A stretch of DNA of 64,000 bases from positions 4,984-68,983 of the forward strand of contig CAIVRE010000007.1 of NCBI GenBank assembly GCA_903908245.1, written 5' to 3'. Every line of letters begins with the position of its first letter. Position 1 is the first letter of the stretch. The DNA comes from Candidatus Omnitrophota bacterium. Its GTDB lineage: Bacteria > Omnitrophota > Gorgyraeia > Zapsychrales > Fredricksoniimonadaceae. This document shows, in pieces, positions 9,496-17,454 of the stretch. The notes beneath the pieces are model-generated. The model did not search any database. It was not told the origin of the DNA and was given only the letters and a program-made list of their open reading frames with translations. Both the position numbers and the translations under genes were made by a program.

Positions 9496-10525
9496 ACAGA
9501 TCATTTCGGCGGTGCATATCGTTTACCGCCTGGTGAATTCCACGCCCAACCTCAAGGAGCTGTCCTTGAGGCTGACGCGCCTGCTGTGCCAGTTCGTCCA
9601 CGCCTCGTCGGCCAGCATCTACCTGCTCGCGCCGGACCATAAAAGATTGCATATGATCGCGGTGTTCAACAACAAGATCAATATCCTGCTGACCAGTCCC
9701 AAAGACCTGAAGAAGGCATCCGCGAAAGATCTGAGCGTGGCCCAGGGAAGTTCGATCTTTGAAGACCGGATGATGGGGATGCCCCTGGTCACGGATGAGT
9801 GTATCGGCGCGATCGTGATCCGGCGCAAGCCTGTCGAGCCGGCGTTCGATGATTATGACCGCGAGATGTTCACGATCTTCGCCGAACAGTCGGTGACGGC
9901 GATCCGTAATCTGCAATATGCCGAGCAGCAGCAGAAGATCCTTCTTGAGACGATGAAGCTGGTGCGTTCCCTGTTCGAGAAGCAGGGCGATTCTTACCGG
10001 GGCCACAGTTCGGTGTATTTCAAGATCGTGCGCGCGGTGGCGCAAAAATTCCGGATGGGCACGGAGAATATCAATAATCTTTATTATGCTAGTGTCCTGC
10101 ATAATGCCGGGGCAGTGGATGTCCCTTACCAGGTGCTGGCCAAGAAAAGCCAGCTTACGTCCAAGGAGTTCGAGATCATCCGCAATCTTCCCAAGAAGAG
10201 CGCCGAGCTGATCAAGCCGATCGAGTTCCTGAGGCCGGTCCTCCCGGTCATCCTGTACTTGCACGAGAAATATGACGGGACCGGATACCCGGCGGGATTA
10301 AAGAAGGACCAGATCCCCCTGGGCGCGCGGATCATGGCCGTGGTGGATGCGTTCGAGTCGATGGTGCAGGGGCGGCCGTACCGCAAGCGCCTGAATGTTG
10401 ACGAAGCGTTGCGGGAGGTCCGCAAGAATTCCGGCACCCAGTTCGATCCTGTCGTCGTGGATGTCTTTTTGAAGCTGGCGCTGCAAAAAAACTTCAGAAA
10501 TTACTTGTGCGCGGTTCGCGAATAA
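9452..10525 (+). CDS. GAF domain-containing HD-GYP phosphodiesterase (c-di-GMP specific)
   Basis: N-terminal GAF-like region, and a C-terminal HD (ASVLHNAGAV) with the ...HEKYDGTGYP motif diagnostic of HD-GYP. Confidence 0.85.
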   Translation: MMNTSDFSSLTKKYKQIISAVHIVYRLVNSTPNLKELSLRLTRLLCQFVHASSASIYLLAPDHKRLHMIAVFNNKINILLTSPKDLKKASAKDLSVAQGSSIFEDRMMGMPLVTDECIGAIVIRRKPVEPAFDDYDREMFTIFAEQSVTAIRNLQYAEQQQKILLETMKLVRSLFEKQGDSYRGHSSVYFKIVRAVAQKFRMGTENINNLYYASVLHNAGAVDVPYQVLAKKSQLTSKEFEIIRNLPKKSAELIKPIEFLRPVLPVILYLHEKYDGTGYPAGLKKDQIPLGARIMAVVDAFESMVQGRPYRKRLNVDEALREVRKNSGTQFDPVVVDVFLKLALQKNFRNYLCAVRE

Positions 10526-10588
10526 AACTATAATCATGGTAATCGCCGTTCCATTAATTGCATCCCTTTATCCCGGAATTGGTTCCAT

Positions 10589-11194
10589 ATGAATATCAAC
10601 TATAAAGAAGCGCAATTCGAATTTTTTCCCAACGCGGTCAGTGCACCCGATGAAACCAAGCGCCCGCATTTTATGGCCGCGCGGTTCAACCTGAGCATTG
10701 AAAACCTTGTTATTTTTTCGATCGTGAGTATAATGGTCGTCATCTTTACTTTCTCTCTCGGTGTTGAGAGGGGGAAGAGGATCGCATTACGGGACGGATC
10801 GAGCCTTACGCTTGATCCAAAGACGGCGGAAACGTCTGTGGCCCCGGCCGATCCTGTTGTAACGGCAAAGCCGGTGGTCAAGGTTCCCGTGGTAGCGGCA
10901 CAGTCGAAGAGCGTCGATCTGGCGGAAAAAGTTTCAACGACGGCACTCCAGCCTCAGGATGCCGTCAAGAAACCATCCGGCGGGTATACAGTCCAGGTGG
11001 CGTCGTACAAGAGTGAAAAGAGCGCGCAGAAAGAAGCCCAGGCGCTCCAGAAAAAAGGATTGAAAGCTTTTGTGCTGCCCAAAGGGCAGCATATCGTCTT
11101 GTGTGTGGGCAACTTTCAGAAAAAGGAAGACGCCAGTATTTACGGGAAAAAGTTAAAGGGCAATTATCAGGATTTCGTAGTCAGGAGATTATAA
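10589..11194 (+). CDS. SPOR domain-containing membrane protein
   Basis: N-terminal TM helix and a C-terminal SPOR-like fold (GGYTVQVASYKSEKSAQKEAQALQKKGLKAFVL...VLCVGNF). Confidence 0.75.
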   Translation: MNINYKEAQFEFFPNAVSAPDETKRPHFMAARFNLSIENLVIFSIVSIMVVIFTFSLGVERGKRIALRDGSSLTLDPKTAETSVAPADPVVTAKPVVKVPVVAAQSKSVDLAEKVSTTALQPQDAVKKPSGGYTVQVASYKSEKSAQKEAQALQKKGLKAFVLPKGQHIVLCVGNFQKKEDASIYGKKLKGNYQDFVVRRL

Positions 11195-11195
11195 G

Positions 11196-11471
11196 ATGTC
11201 GTTACACTCATCACTTCGGGTTGACAAAGCTGGCGCCGCGGCAAGGACTGTGCTGACGCGCGTTGAGCGTATCAAAGAGCTTATGAAAAAGGGGCAGTTC
11301 AAGGCGGACGGCGAGGTTACCAATTTGCCGAAGACCAAGGTGGTCCGCGTCAAGGCCGGGAAAAAGAAGGCCAAGGAAGAAGGCGCGGCCGGCGCCGCTG
11401 GTGCGGCCGGTGCGGCACCTGCCGGGGCAGCGGCCCCTGCGGCCGGGGCAAAAGCTCCCGCGAAGAAGTAG
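11196..11471 (+). CDS. small basic Lys/Ala-rich protein (histone H1-like low-complexity tail)
   Basis: 91 aa. The C-terminus is KAGKKKAKEEGAAGAAGAAGAAPAGAAAPAAGAKAPAKK, encoded by a GC-rich simple-sequence tract. Starts 2 nt after the SPOR gene. Confidence 0.45.
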   Translation: MSLHSSLRVDKAGAAARTVLTRVERIKELMKKGQFKADGEVTNLPKTKVVRVKAGKKKAKEEGAAGAAGAAGAAPAGAAAPAAGAKAPAKK

Positions 11472-11482
11472 GCGGCGCGCGT

Positions 11483-12265
11483 ATGCGTTGGCCCTGTCTT
11501 CTGGTCATGTTATTGTTCGTTCTACCCGAGCCTGCCTTTGCGCAGGCTCGTTTTCCTTATACGGCGCAGACCGTGTCCGACCGGGTGAATGTCCGGGCCG
11601 GACAGAACAATAATTTTGAGTCCCTGGCGATCCTTCCCAAAGGCGTGCTGCTTACGGTCCTGGACAAGAAATTCAAGTGGTGCAAGGTGTCTTTGCCGGC
11701 GGGTGCGAAGGCGTTCGTCAAGAGCGCGTATATTCGATTTTTGACGCCCGATCTTGGGGAAGTAACGGTTGACCGGCTTAATGTCCGTTCGGCGCCGAAT
11801 ACCGATGCGACAACGGTTGGCCAGTTGAAGCAGGGGCAGAAGGTCCTTGTTCAGAAGAATGCCGGCGAGTGGGTCTGGATCAAGCCGGCGGAAGGCGTTT
11901 ACGGATGGGTGAATGAATCGCTCCTTGTTTTCAGGAGTGACGGGGCTCAGCCGAGGCTGGATCCTGTCCCTAATGTTGTTCCATCGGTGAAGGTTTCTCA
12001 GGCGTCGGCGGCCCGGATGGCGCTTCTCAAGAAGAATGCCGATGGTTCGGTCGAATGTGCTGGAAGGCTCGTTGGCGCCGAGAATGCTCCGGCGGCGTAT
12101 AAGATCATCAATGGGGATGTGACCGTGTGTTATGCGGATGGCGTCAAATCCGTTCTGGATGGTTTTATCGGAAGTGAAGTCCGCTTGCAGGGGACAATGA
12201 AAGTTCTTCCTTCCGAAACGGATGCTGCGGTCATCTTACTCTCAAAGATCAGCCTGGCCCTCTAA
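11483..12265 (+). CDS. secreted protein with two bacterial SH3-like domains
   Basis: Signal peptide (LLVMLLFVLPEPAFAQA), and the SH3b-like segment VNVRAGQNNNFESLAILPKGVLLTVL...KWCKV occurs twice. Confidence 0.65.
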   Translation: MRWPCLLVMLLFVLPEPAFAQARFPYTAQTVSDRVNVRAGQNNNFESLAILPKGVLLTVLDKKFKWCKVSLPAGAKAFVKSAYIRFLTPDLGEVTVDRLNVRSAPNTDATTVGQLKQGQKVLVQKNAGEWVWIKPAEGVYGWVNESLLVFRSDGAQPRLDPVPNVVPSVKVSQASAARMALLKKNADGSVECAGRLVGAENAPAAYKIINGDVTVCYADGVKSVLDGFIGSEVRLQGTMKVLPSETDAAVILLSKISLAL

Positions 12266-12888
12266 TGCTTGAACCCGTCCTTGTCATTTTATTGATCGTT
12301 ATTCCAGCCATTGTCCTGCACGAGTTTGCTCATGGCTGGGTGGCGAACCGTTTGGGAGATCCGACGGCCGCGCGCATGGGGCGGTTGACACTCAATCCGG
12401 TCAAGCATATTGATCCTGTGGGGACGATCCTTGTCCCGGGGCTTTTGTATTTGGTGCATTTTCTGGGATGGAGCCGTTCGCTGCTGGTTTTCGGATGGGC
12501 CAAGCCGGTACCGGTGGATTTCAGTCGGCTTAACAATCCCAAGCGTGATATTATCTTTGTGGGCCTTGCCGGGCCGCTGATCAATTTTGCGTTGGCGTTC
12601 ATTTTTGTCCAGCTGTCGGTATTCGGGCATTTTTCCGCGTTAGGGGCCAAAATGCTGGTTTGGGCGGTCATGTTGAACCTGGGGCTGGCGTTCTTTAATT
12701 TGATACCGATCCCGCCGTTGGACGGGTCGCGGGTCGTCGCGGGATTGATCCCGGCGCGTTGGGAAAGAAGTTATTTTGCCCTGGAACCGTTCGGGTTTGT
12801 GGCGGTGATCATTTTATTGAATACGGGGATGCTGGATTTTCTCGATCCGTTGATCTATGGGACGGCTGTGTTGATGGGGTTGAAATGA
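12265..12888 (+). CDS. site-2 protease family M50 metalloprotease (small membrane form)
   Basis: HEFAHG (HExxH) in the first TM helix, a distal LDG motif, and multiple TM segments. 207 aa. Confidence 0.8.
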   Translation: MLEPVLVILLIVIPAIVLHEFAHGWVANRLGDPTAARMGRLTLNPVKHIDPVGTILVPGLLYLVHFLGWSRSLLVFGWAKPVPVDFSRLNNPKRDIIFVGLAGPLINFALAFIFVQLSVFGHFSALGAKMLVWAVMLNLGLAFFNLIPIPPLDGSRVVAGLIPARWERSYFALEPFGFVAVIILLNTGMLDFLDPLIYGTAVLMGLK

Positions 12889-13973
12889 AACAGATCACGG
12901 TAAAGCTGAAAGGGAATTCTTATCCGATCGTTGTCGGCGGCCATGTGCTGCCGCTTTTGCCGGAATTCCTTAGGAAGCTCGGGCTTGGGACCGATGCGGT
13001 GGTTATTACGAACCCGTTGGTGAACAGGCTCTATGGTAAAGCCCTGGCTGTTTCGATGTTGAAACAGAGGTTCTCGGTCAAGTTCTTTGAAGTGGAAGAT
13101 TCCGAGAGGGCCAAATCTGCGGAGGTGGCGTTCGATCTGATAGGGAAGATCGCGTCTTACGCGGCGGACAAGAAGCCGGTCATCATCGCGCTGGGCGGCG
13201 GGGTGGTGGGGGACTTGTCCGGGTTTGTGGCCGCGGTTTATAAACGCGGGGTGCCTTTTGTCCAGGTTCCGACGACGCTTCTGGCCCAGGTGGATTCATC
13301 CATCGGAGGGAAAGTCGCGGTCGATCTGCCGCAGGGCAAGAACCTTGCCGGGGTGTTTTATCAGCCGAGGCTGGTATTGGCGGATACTTCGTTATTGTCG
13401 ACCCTTCCCAGGCGTCAGGTCCGTAACGGCCTGGCGGAGGTCATTAAGTATGGCGTTATCAAGGACGAACAATTATTCACCTTCCTGGAGAAGAATTATA
13501 CCGGGATATTGGATGGTGATACGGCGGCACTGTCGCATGTGGTCCTGGCCAGCGCGGCCATTAAGGCGCGGGTGGTCGAGCTTGATGAAAAGGAAACAAA
13601 GGGCTTGCGCACGATCCTGAATTTCGGGCACACCATCGGCCATGCGGTGGAAGCCGCCGGAGGGTATAAAAAATACCATCATGGCGAGGCGGTGGCGCTC
13701 GGGATGCGGGTGGCGTGCGCGATCTCCTGCCGGATGAGATTGATGAAGCCTCTTGACGCGGAGCGGGTGGAAACGTTGTTGTCTGCCGTTGGGTTGCCTG
13801 AAGAGATCAAAGGTATTTCGCAGGACCGGATATTGAAGGCCATGCAGTTTGACAAGAAGTTTTTGGGGTCAAAGAACCGTTTTGTGCTTTGTGAGGCGCT
13901 GGGGCACGTGGTGGTGAAAGAGGCTGTTCCGTTAGCGGTGGTCGTCAAGGCATTGCGAATGATCGCTGGCTGA
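12885..13973 (+). CDS. aroB: 3-dehydroquinate synthase
   Basis: MKQITVKLKGNSYPIVVGG...ALGGGVVGDLSGF...GHTIGHAVE. ATGA overlap with the M50 gene. The ORF-track start at 12759 is an upstream read-through. Confidence 0.9.
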   Translation: MKQITVKLKGNSYPIVVGGHVLPLLPEFLRKLGLGTDAVVITNPLVNRLYGKALAVSMLKQRFSVKFFEVEDSERAKSAEVAFDLIGKIASYAADKKPVIIALGGGVVGDLSGFVAAVYKRGVPFVQVPTTLLAQVDSSIGGKVAVDLPQGKNLAGVFYQPRLVLADTSLLSTLPRRQVRNGLAEVIKYGVIKDEQLFTFLEKNYTGILDGDTAALSHVVLASAAIKARVVELDEKETKGLRTILNFGHTIGHAVEAAGGYKKYHHGEAVALGMRVACAISCRMRLMKPLDAERVETLLSAVGLPEEIKGISQDRILKAMQFDKKFLGSKNRFVLCEALGHVVVKEAVPLAVVVKALRMIAG

Positions 13974-13975
13974 TC

Positions 13976-14530
13976 CTAGCGTTTGATCGGCAGGATCTTT
14001 TTTGTTCCGTTCTCCATGATGGTCACGCTTTCAAAGGTGATCGCCGCAATAATATTCCCGTCGACAACTTGCCCTTCTTCGTAAACATTTCCGTTGATCA
14101 GCGCGACCATTTTTCCGCCCATATCCATAACGCCTTCCACCCGTGTTCTATCGGGGGCAGGGGGTTCGGCCGGAGGCCGGAGCGGCATGGCCGGCAGGGC
14201 GGTGTTCGCGGCCTGGGCTATGGACGGTGGCGGGACAGGCGCAGCGGTGGTTTGTGTTGGAACAGGCGTGATGGCCCGGGCTTTGATCGCGGGATGTTGT
14301 GTTGTTTCAAAACCCAGTTTTAAGATGACGGCGAAGATCACGATCACGGCGATCGTGAGTACGGTCGCCATCAGGATGGAGAGGGTGACCTTGGTGGTGT
14401 CAGGGGAGCGGCCTGTGGCAGGGTTTGTTGTGATGGTGCCCGCGGGATCTTCTTTGGGAGGAACGGCATCAGGCGCTGTGTTCGGCCCTTTGCTTTGGAC
14501 TTTTTTGAGTGCGTCGTGGATGATGCTCAT
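13976..14530 (-). CDS. GspB-like protein (putative partner of the ExeA/GspA-like ATPase)
   Basis: Minus strand, with an ATGA overlap with the ExeA-like gene. Has an N-proximal TM helix, a Pro/Ala/Thr-rich linker and a small C-terminal beta domain (GKMVALINGNVYEEGQVVDG...). The gene pairing mirrors exeAB. Confidence 0.45.
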   Translation of the reverse strand: MSIIHDALKKVQSKGPNTAPDAVPPKEDPAGTITTNPATGRSPDTTKVTLSILMATVLTIAVIVIFAVILKLGFETTQHPAIKARAITPVPTQTTAAPVPPPSIAQAANTALPAMPLRPPAEPPAPDRTRVEGVMDMGGKMVALINGNVYEEGQVVDGNIIAAITFESVTIMENGTKKILPIKR

Positions 14531-15327
14531 ATCAGGGCTTCTTTGGCAGCGGTTTTTATAATGGTTTCATTGATCGTCCAGGTCTCGTTCACGAATCCGG
14601 CCAGCAGCGCGTGTTCGCAGAGGACGTTGATGACCCGGGGCGTCCCTTTGGAAAAGTGGTGGACGGCAGCGGCTGCGTCATCCGTGAACAATAACTTTTT
14701 CGAAGCCCCGGCGATCTTGAGGCGGTGATCGATATAGTGATGGATATCGTCTTTTTCAAGCGGGTGGATATGGTAACGGACCCCAATGCGCGAGTTAAGC
14801 TGGCGCAGGGACGGCTTTTTCAGTTTTTCCAGCAGTTCGGGCTGGCCGACCAGGATGATCTGCAGTAATTTTTCTTTTTCTGTCTCAAGGTTGGAAAGCA
14901 GTCGGATCTGTTCGAGCTGATGGGTGTTGAGGTTCTGGGCTTCGTCAATGATGACGGCCACATTGTGCCCCTGGGCGGTCTGGTCGATCAGGAACTGGTT
15001 GAGCGCATTGATCAGGTCGAGCTTGTTGTTCTTGGCGGTGATCCCCAGGTCTTTGGTGATCAGTTGCAGGAGCTGTATTTGTGAGAAGTTCGGGTTAAGG
15101 ATAAAAGCGGTTTTGATGGAAAGGTCGATGGTATTGAGCAGGATACGGCAGAGGGTGGTCTTGCCTGTTCCGACTTCGCCTGTCAGGGCAATGATCCCTT
15201 TGCGGGTTTTGATCCCGTAAAGCAGGTGGGAATAGGCTTCTTTGTGCCGGGAACTTTCGAAATAGAACGCCGGGTCAGAGGTGATGTTAAAGGCATTTTC
15301 CTTGAAACCGTAGAATTCTTTGTACAT
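14527..15327 (-). CDS. ExeA/GspA-like AAA+ ATPase
   Basis: Walker A (LTGEVGTGKTTL) and Walker B (VIIDEAQNL). Its length and pattern are typical of the T2SS-associated GspA ATPase domain. Confidence 0.8.
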   Translation of the reverse strand: MYKEFYGFKENAFNITSDPAFYFESSRHKEAYSHLLYGIKTRKGIIALTGEVGTGKTTLCRILLNTIDLSIKTAFILNPNFSQIQLLQLITKDLGITAKNNKLDLINALNQFLIDQTAQGHNVAVIIDEAQNLNTHQLEQIRLLSNLETEKEKLLQIILVGQPELLEKLKKPSLRQLNSRIGVRYHIHPLEKDDIHHYIDHRLKIAGASKKLLFTDDAAAAVHHFSKGTPRVINVLCEHALLAGFVNETWTINETIIKTAAKEALI

Positions 15328-15417
15328 AGGGAAACATTATACCACATGACCTTTTTATTCCCCGGGAGTGAGGAATGTGAGAAATCAGTAAAATCGTCCT
15401 TTTTCATGGGGTTGCTA

Positions 15418-15426
15418 TGGTATACT
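15418..15426 (+). promoter_or_regulatory. putative extended -10 promoter element (TGgTATACT) for the PilZ gene pair
   Basis: TGnTATACT lies 21 nt upstream of the AAAGGA RBS and the ATG at 15447, in a divergent intergenic region. Confidence 0.35.
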
Positions 15427-15446
15427 GCATTTATTAAAGGATAATC

Positions 15447-15824
15447 ATGGAAATGACCCCCGGTTTTGACAACAGACGATTTCAGCGGGCGCCGTTCAAG
15501 CGGCCGGTGAAGAGCAAGACGTCCCATGTGGCGATATATGCCGGGAACCTGGCGCAGGATATCAGCCAGGGCGGCATGCGGATCAATTCCAATGAATTTG
15601 TGGCTGTCGGTTCCCATGTCATCCTGCAGATCCAGCTTGAAAGTCAGACCAGGGTCCTGGATTTCAATGCGAAAGTGGTCTGGGTCAAGGAATTGCCGTA
15701 TTCGGACGGGTTTCAGCTCGGACTGGAGTTTGCGGAAGAAGCTGTTTTTGAGAAATTGAAGGTTGCCCAATTCGTGGTCAAGCGTAAAGAGGAGGGGACG
15801 AGTGAGCCAGAAGGATTGTATTGA
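15447..15824 (+). CDS. PilZ domain protein (c-di-GMP receptor, single domain)
   Basis: RRFQRAPFKR (RxxxR) and DISQGGMRI (D/NxSxxG) are the PilZ c-di-GMP binding motifs. Confidence 0.75.
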   Translation: MEMTPGFDNRRFQRAPFKRPVKSKTSHVAIYAGNLAQDISQGGMRINSNEFVAVGSHVILQIQLESQTRVLDFNAKVVWVKELPYSDGFQLGLEFAEEAVFEKLKVAQFVVKRKEEGTSEPEGLY

Positions 15825-16179
15825 AAAACGGCGGCATCCGCGTATTGAACATGGTGTCCCTGTTAAGATCTGCGCTCCTTGTGCCGACCTTGTTACCGAG
15901 ACCAAGAACATCAGCCGTTCCGGGGTCTATTGCCGGGTCAGCAAGTATCTGGAGCCAATGACCAAGCTCAAGGTCACGCTCATGCTTCCGGTCAAGAAAG
16001 AGGGCCGGCTGCATACCAAAAAGATCATTTGCTCGGGCGTGGTGGTGCGTGTCGAGAATATCCCGTTTGAAGACGCGTTCAATGTCGCTGTCTTTTTTAA
16101 TGAGATCAAGCCCGGCGATGGCCGCGCCCTGGCGGATCATGTCCAGGGTGTCCTTGTTGAGAAATCCCGCGCTAATTGA
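15802..16179 (+). CDS. PilZ domain protein (second tandem copy)
   Basis: KRRHPRIEH (RxxxR) and NISRSGVY (NxSxxG). GTG start at 15802 sits 6 nt after a GAGGAGG RBS. The ORF track gives ATG 15763 as the alternative. Confidence 0.7.
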   Translation: MSQKDCIEKRRHPRIEHGVPVKICAPCADLVTETKNISRSGVYCRVSKYLEPMTKLKVTLMLPVKKEGRLHTKKIICSGVVVRVENIPFEDAFNVAVFFNEIKPGDGRALADHVQGVLVEKSRAN

Positions 16180-16388
16180 GAAAATTTTTAGAGGTTTGTT
16201 TTATGGACAGTTCCGCGATCAATCTTTCCGTGACCCCCTTGCAGGCATTGCTTGCCTTGGCGTTCCAGGCGTGGCTTGTTATTTTCCCTCTTATCCTGAT
16301 GCGTAAGATCAGCCGCCTGGAGGCTCTTGTTGAGGCGCATTTCGGCGGTAATGACGATGCTCCTTCCGAGGAGACGGAGAATGTCTAA
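16176..16388 (+). CDS. small hypothetical membrane protein
   Basis: 70-aa ORF with one hydrophobic helix that fills the gap between the PilZ and rluA-like genes. No recognisable family. Confidence 0.25.
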   Translation: MRKFLEVCFMDSSAINLSVTPLQALLALAFQAWLVIFPLILMRKISRLEALVEAHFGGNDDAPSEETENV

Positions 16389-17085
16389 GAGATTTATTTC
16401 CCGTCGCGCGATCAATATCCTTTATGAGGACGATCAGTATATCGCTTTCTTCAAGCCCGCGGGGCTGCTCGCTGTTCCGGCGGACAAGGGCAATGAACAG
16501 TCATTGACCGAGATCGTCAACGCCGAGTATGCCACGCGGCCGGATGTGCCGGAGGGCCTGAAATTGCATCCGTGCCATCGTATCGACCGGGATACGTCCG
16601 GTGTGATCATGTTCGCCAAAGGCCAGGTGGCCCGCGACCAGATGATGAACCTGTTCCGCGCCCATCTGGTGCAGAAGAAATACATTGCTTTTGTCCATGG
16701 GAAAGTATTGCATCCGCGCGGGGAAATGAAAAGCCGCCTGAAAGAAGATATTGCGTCGGGCGACCGTAACAGCATGTCGGTCACCCGCTATGCGCTTAAG
16801 CGGCAGTTCCGGAAGTTCGCCATGGTGGAAGTGACGCCGCTCACCGGGCGTACGAACCAGATCCGCATCCATTTCAAGGAAGTCGGTAATCCTCTGGTGG
16901 GCGAGAACAAGTTCGTTTATCGCAAGGACTTTGAGCTCAAGTTCAAACGGACCGCATTGCATGCTTCCGAGTTGTCTTTTGTCCATCCGTATACGAAAGA
17001 GAAGGTCAAGGTGGAAGCGGAGTTATCGGTCGATATGCAGAATTTCCTGGAAAAGGGGAATTCCCGCAATGTCGACAGTGATTAG
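16381..17085 (+). CDS. RluA family pseudouridine synthase
   Basis: HRIDRDTSGVIMFAK carries the catalytic Asp motif of RluA/TruA-type synthases. ATG at 16381. Confidence 0.85.
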   Translation: MSKRFISRRAINILYEDDQYIAFFKPAGLLAVPADKGNEQSLTEIVNAEYATRPDVPEGLKLHPCHRIDRDTSGVIMFAKGQVARDQMMNLFRAHLVQKKYIAFVHGKVLHPRGEMKSRLKEDIASGDRNSMSVTRYALKRQFRKFAMVEVTPLTGRTNQIRIHFKEVGNPLVGENKFVYRKDFELKFKRTALHASELSFVHPYTKEKVKVEAELSVDMQNFLEKGNSRNVDSD

Positions 17086-17145
17086 GCGTTGGGACGTTCA
17101 TCCGTTTTAAAACCCTTGGTGGAAAAATATGATGAGGATGTATCC

Positions 17146-17448
17146 ATGAGCCCAAAGTTGAGTGTTCAGGAAGCGTGCGAATTGTGCCATGCGATCGCCC
17201 GGTCCAAGGGGTTTTGGGACAAGGAGCGCAATGTCGGCGAGGCGTTGATGCTGGTTGTGACCGAACTGGCCGAGGCCATGGAAGCTCATCGCAAGCAGGA
17301 TGACGTGAATTTCAAGGAAGAGCTGGCGGATACCCTTATCCGTCTTTTTGACCTTTGCGGCGGGATGGGGATCGACATCGAATCAGAGATCATGAAAAAG
17401 TGTGAAAAGAACAAGAATCGCCCTTATAAGCATGGGAAGATCTGTTAG
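17146..17448 (+). CDS. MazG-like nucleotide pyrophosphohydrolase
   Basis: EALMLVVTELAEAMEA...ELADTLIRLFDL are the all-alpha NTP-PPase EExxE/D motifs. ATG at 17146; the ORF-track TTG at 17089 is an alternative. Confidence 0.75.
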   Translation: MSPKLSVQEACELCHAIARSKGFWDKERNVGEALMLVVTELAEAMEAHRKQDDVNFKEELADTLIRLFDLCGGMGIDIESEIMKKCEKNKNRPYKHGKIC

Positions 17449-17454
17449 GTTGTA

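Noticed and set aside
9323-10264. 313-aa ORF on the - strand
   Set aside because: Antisense to the HD-GYP gene, with an Arg/Gln/Leu-rich composition typical of GC-rich antisense frames.
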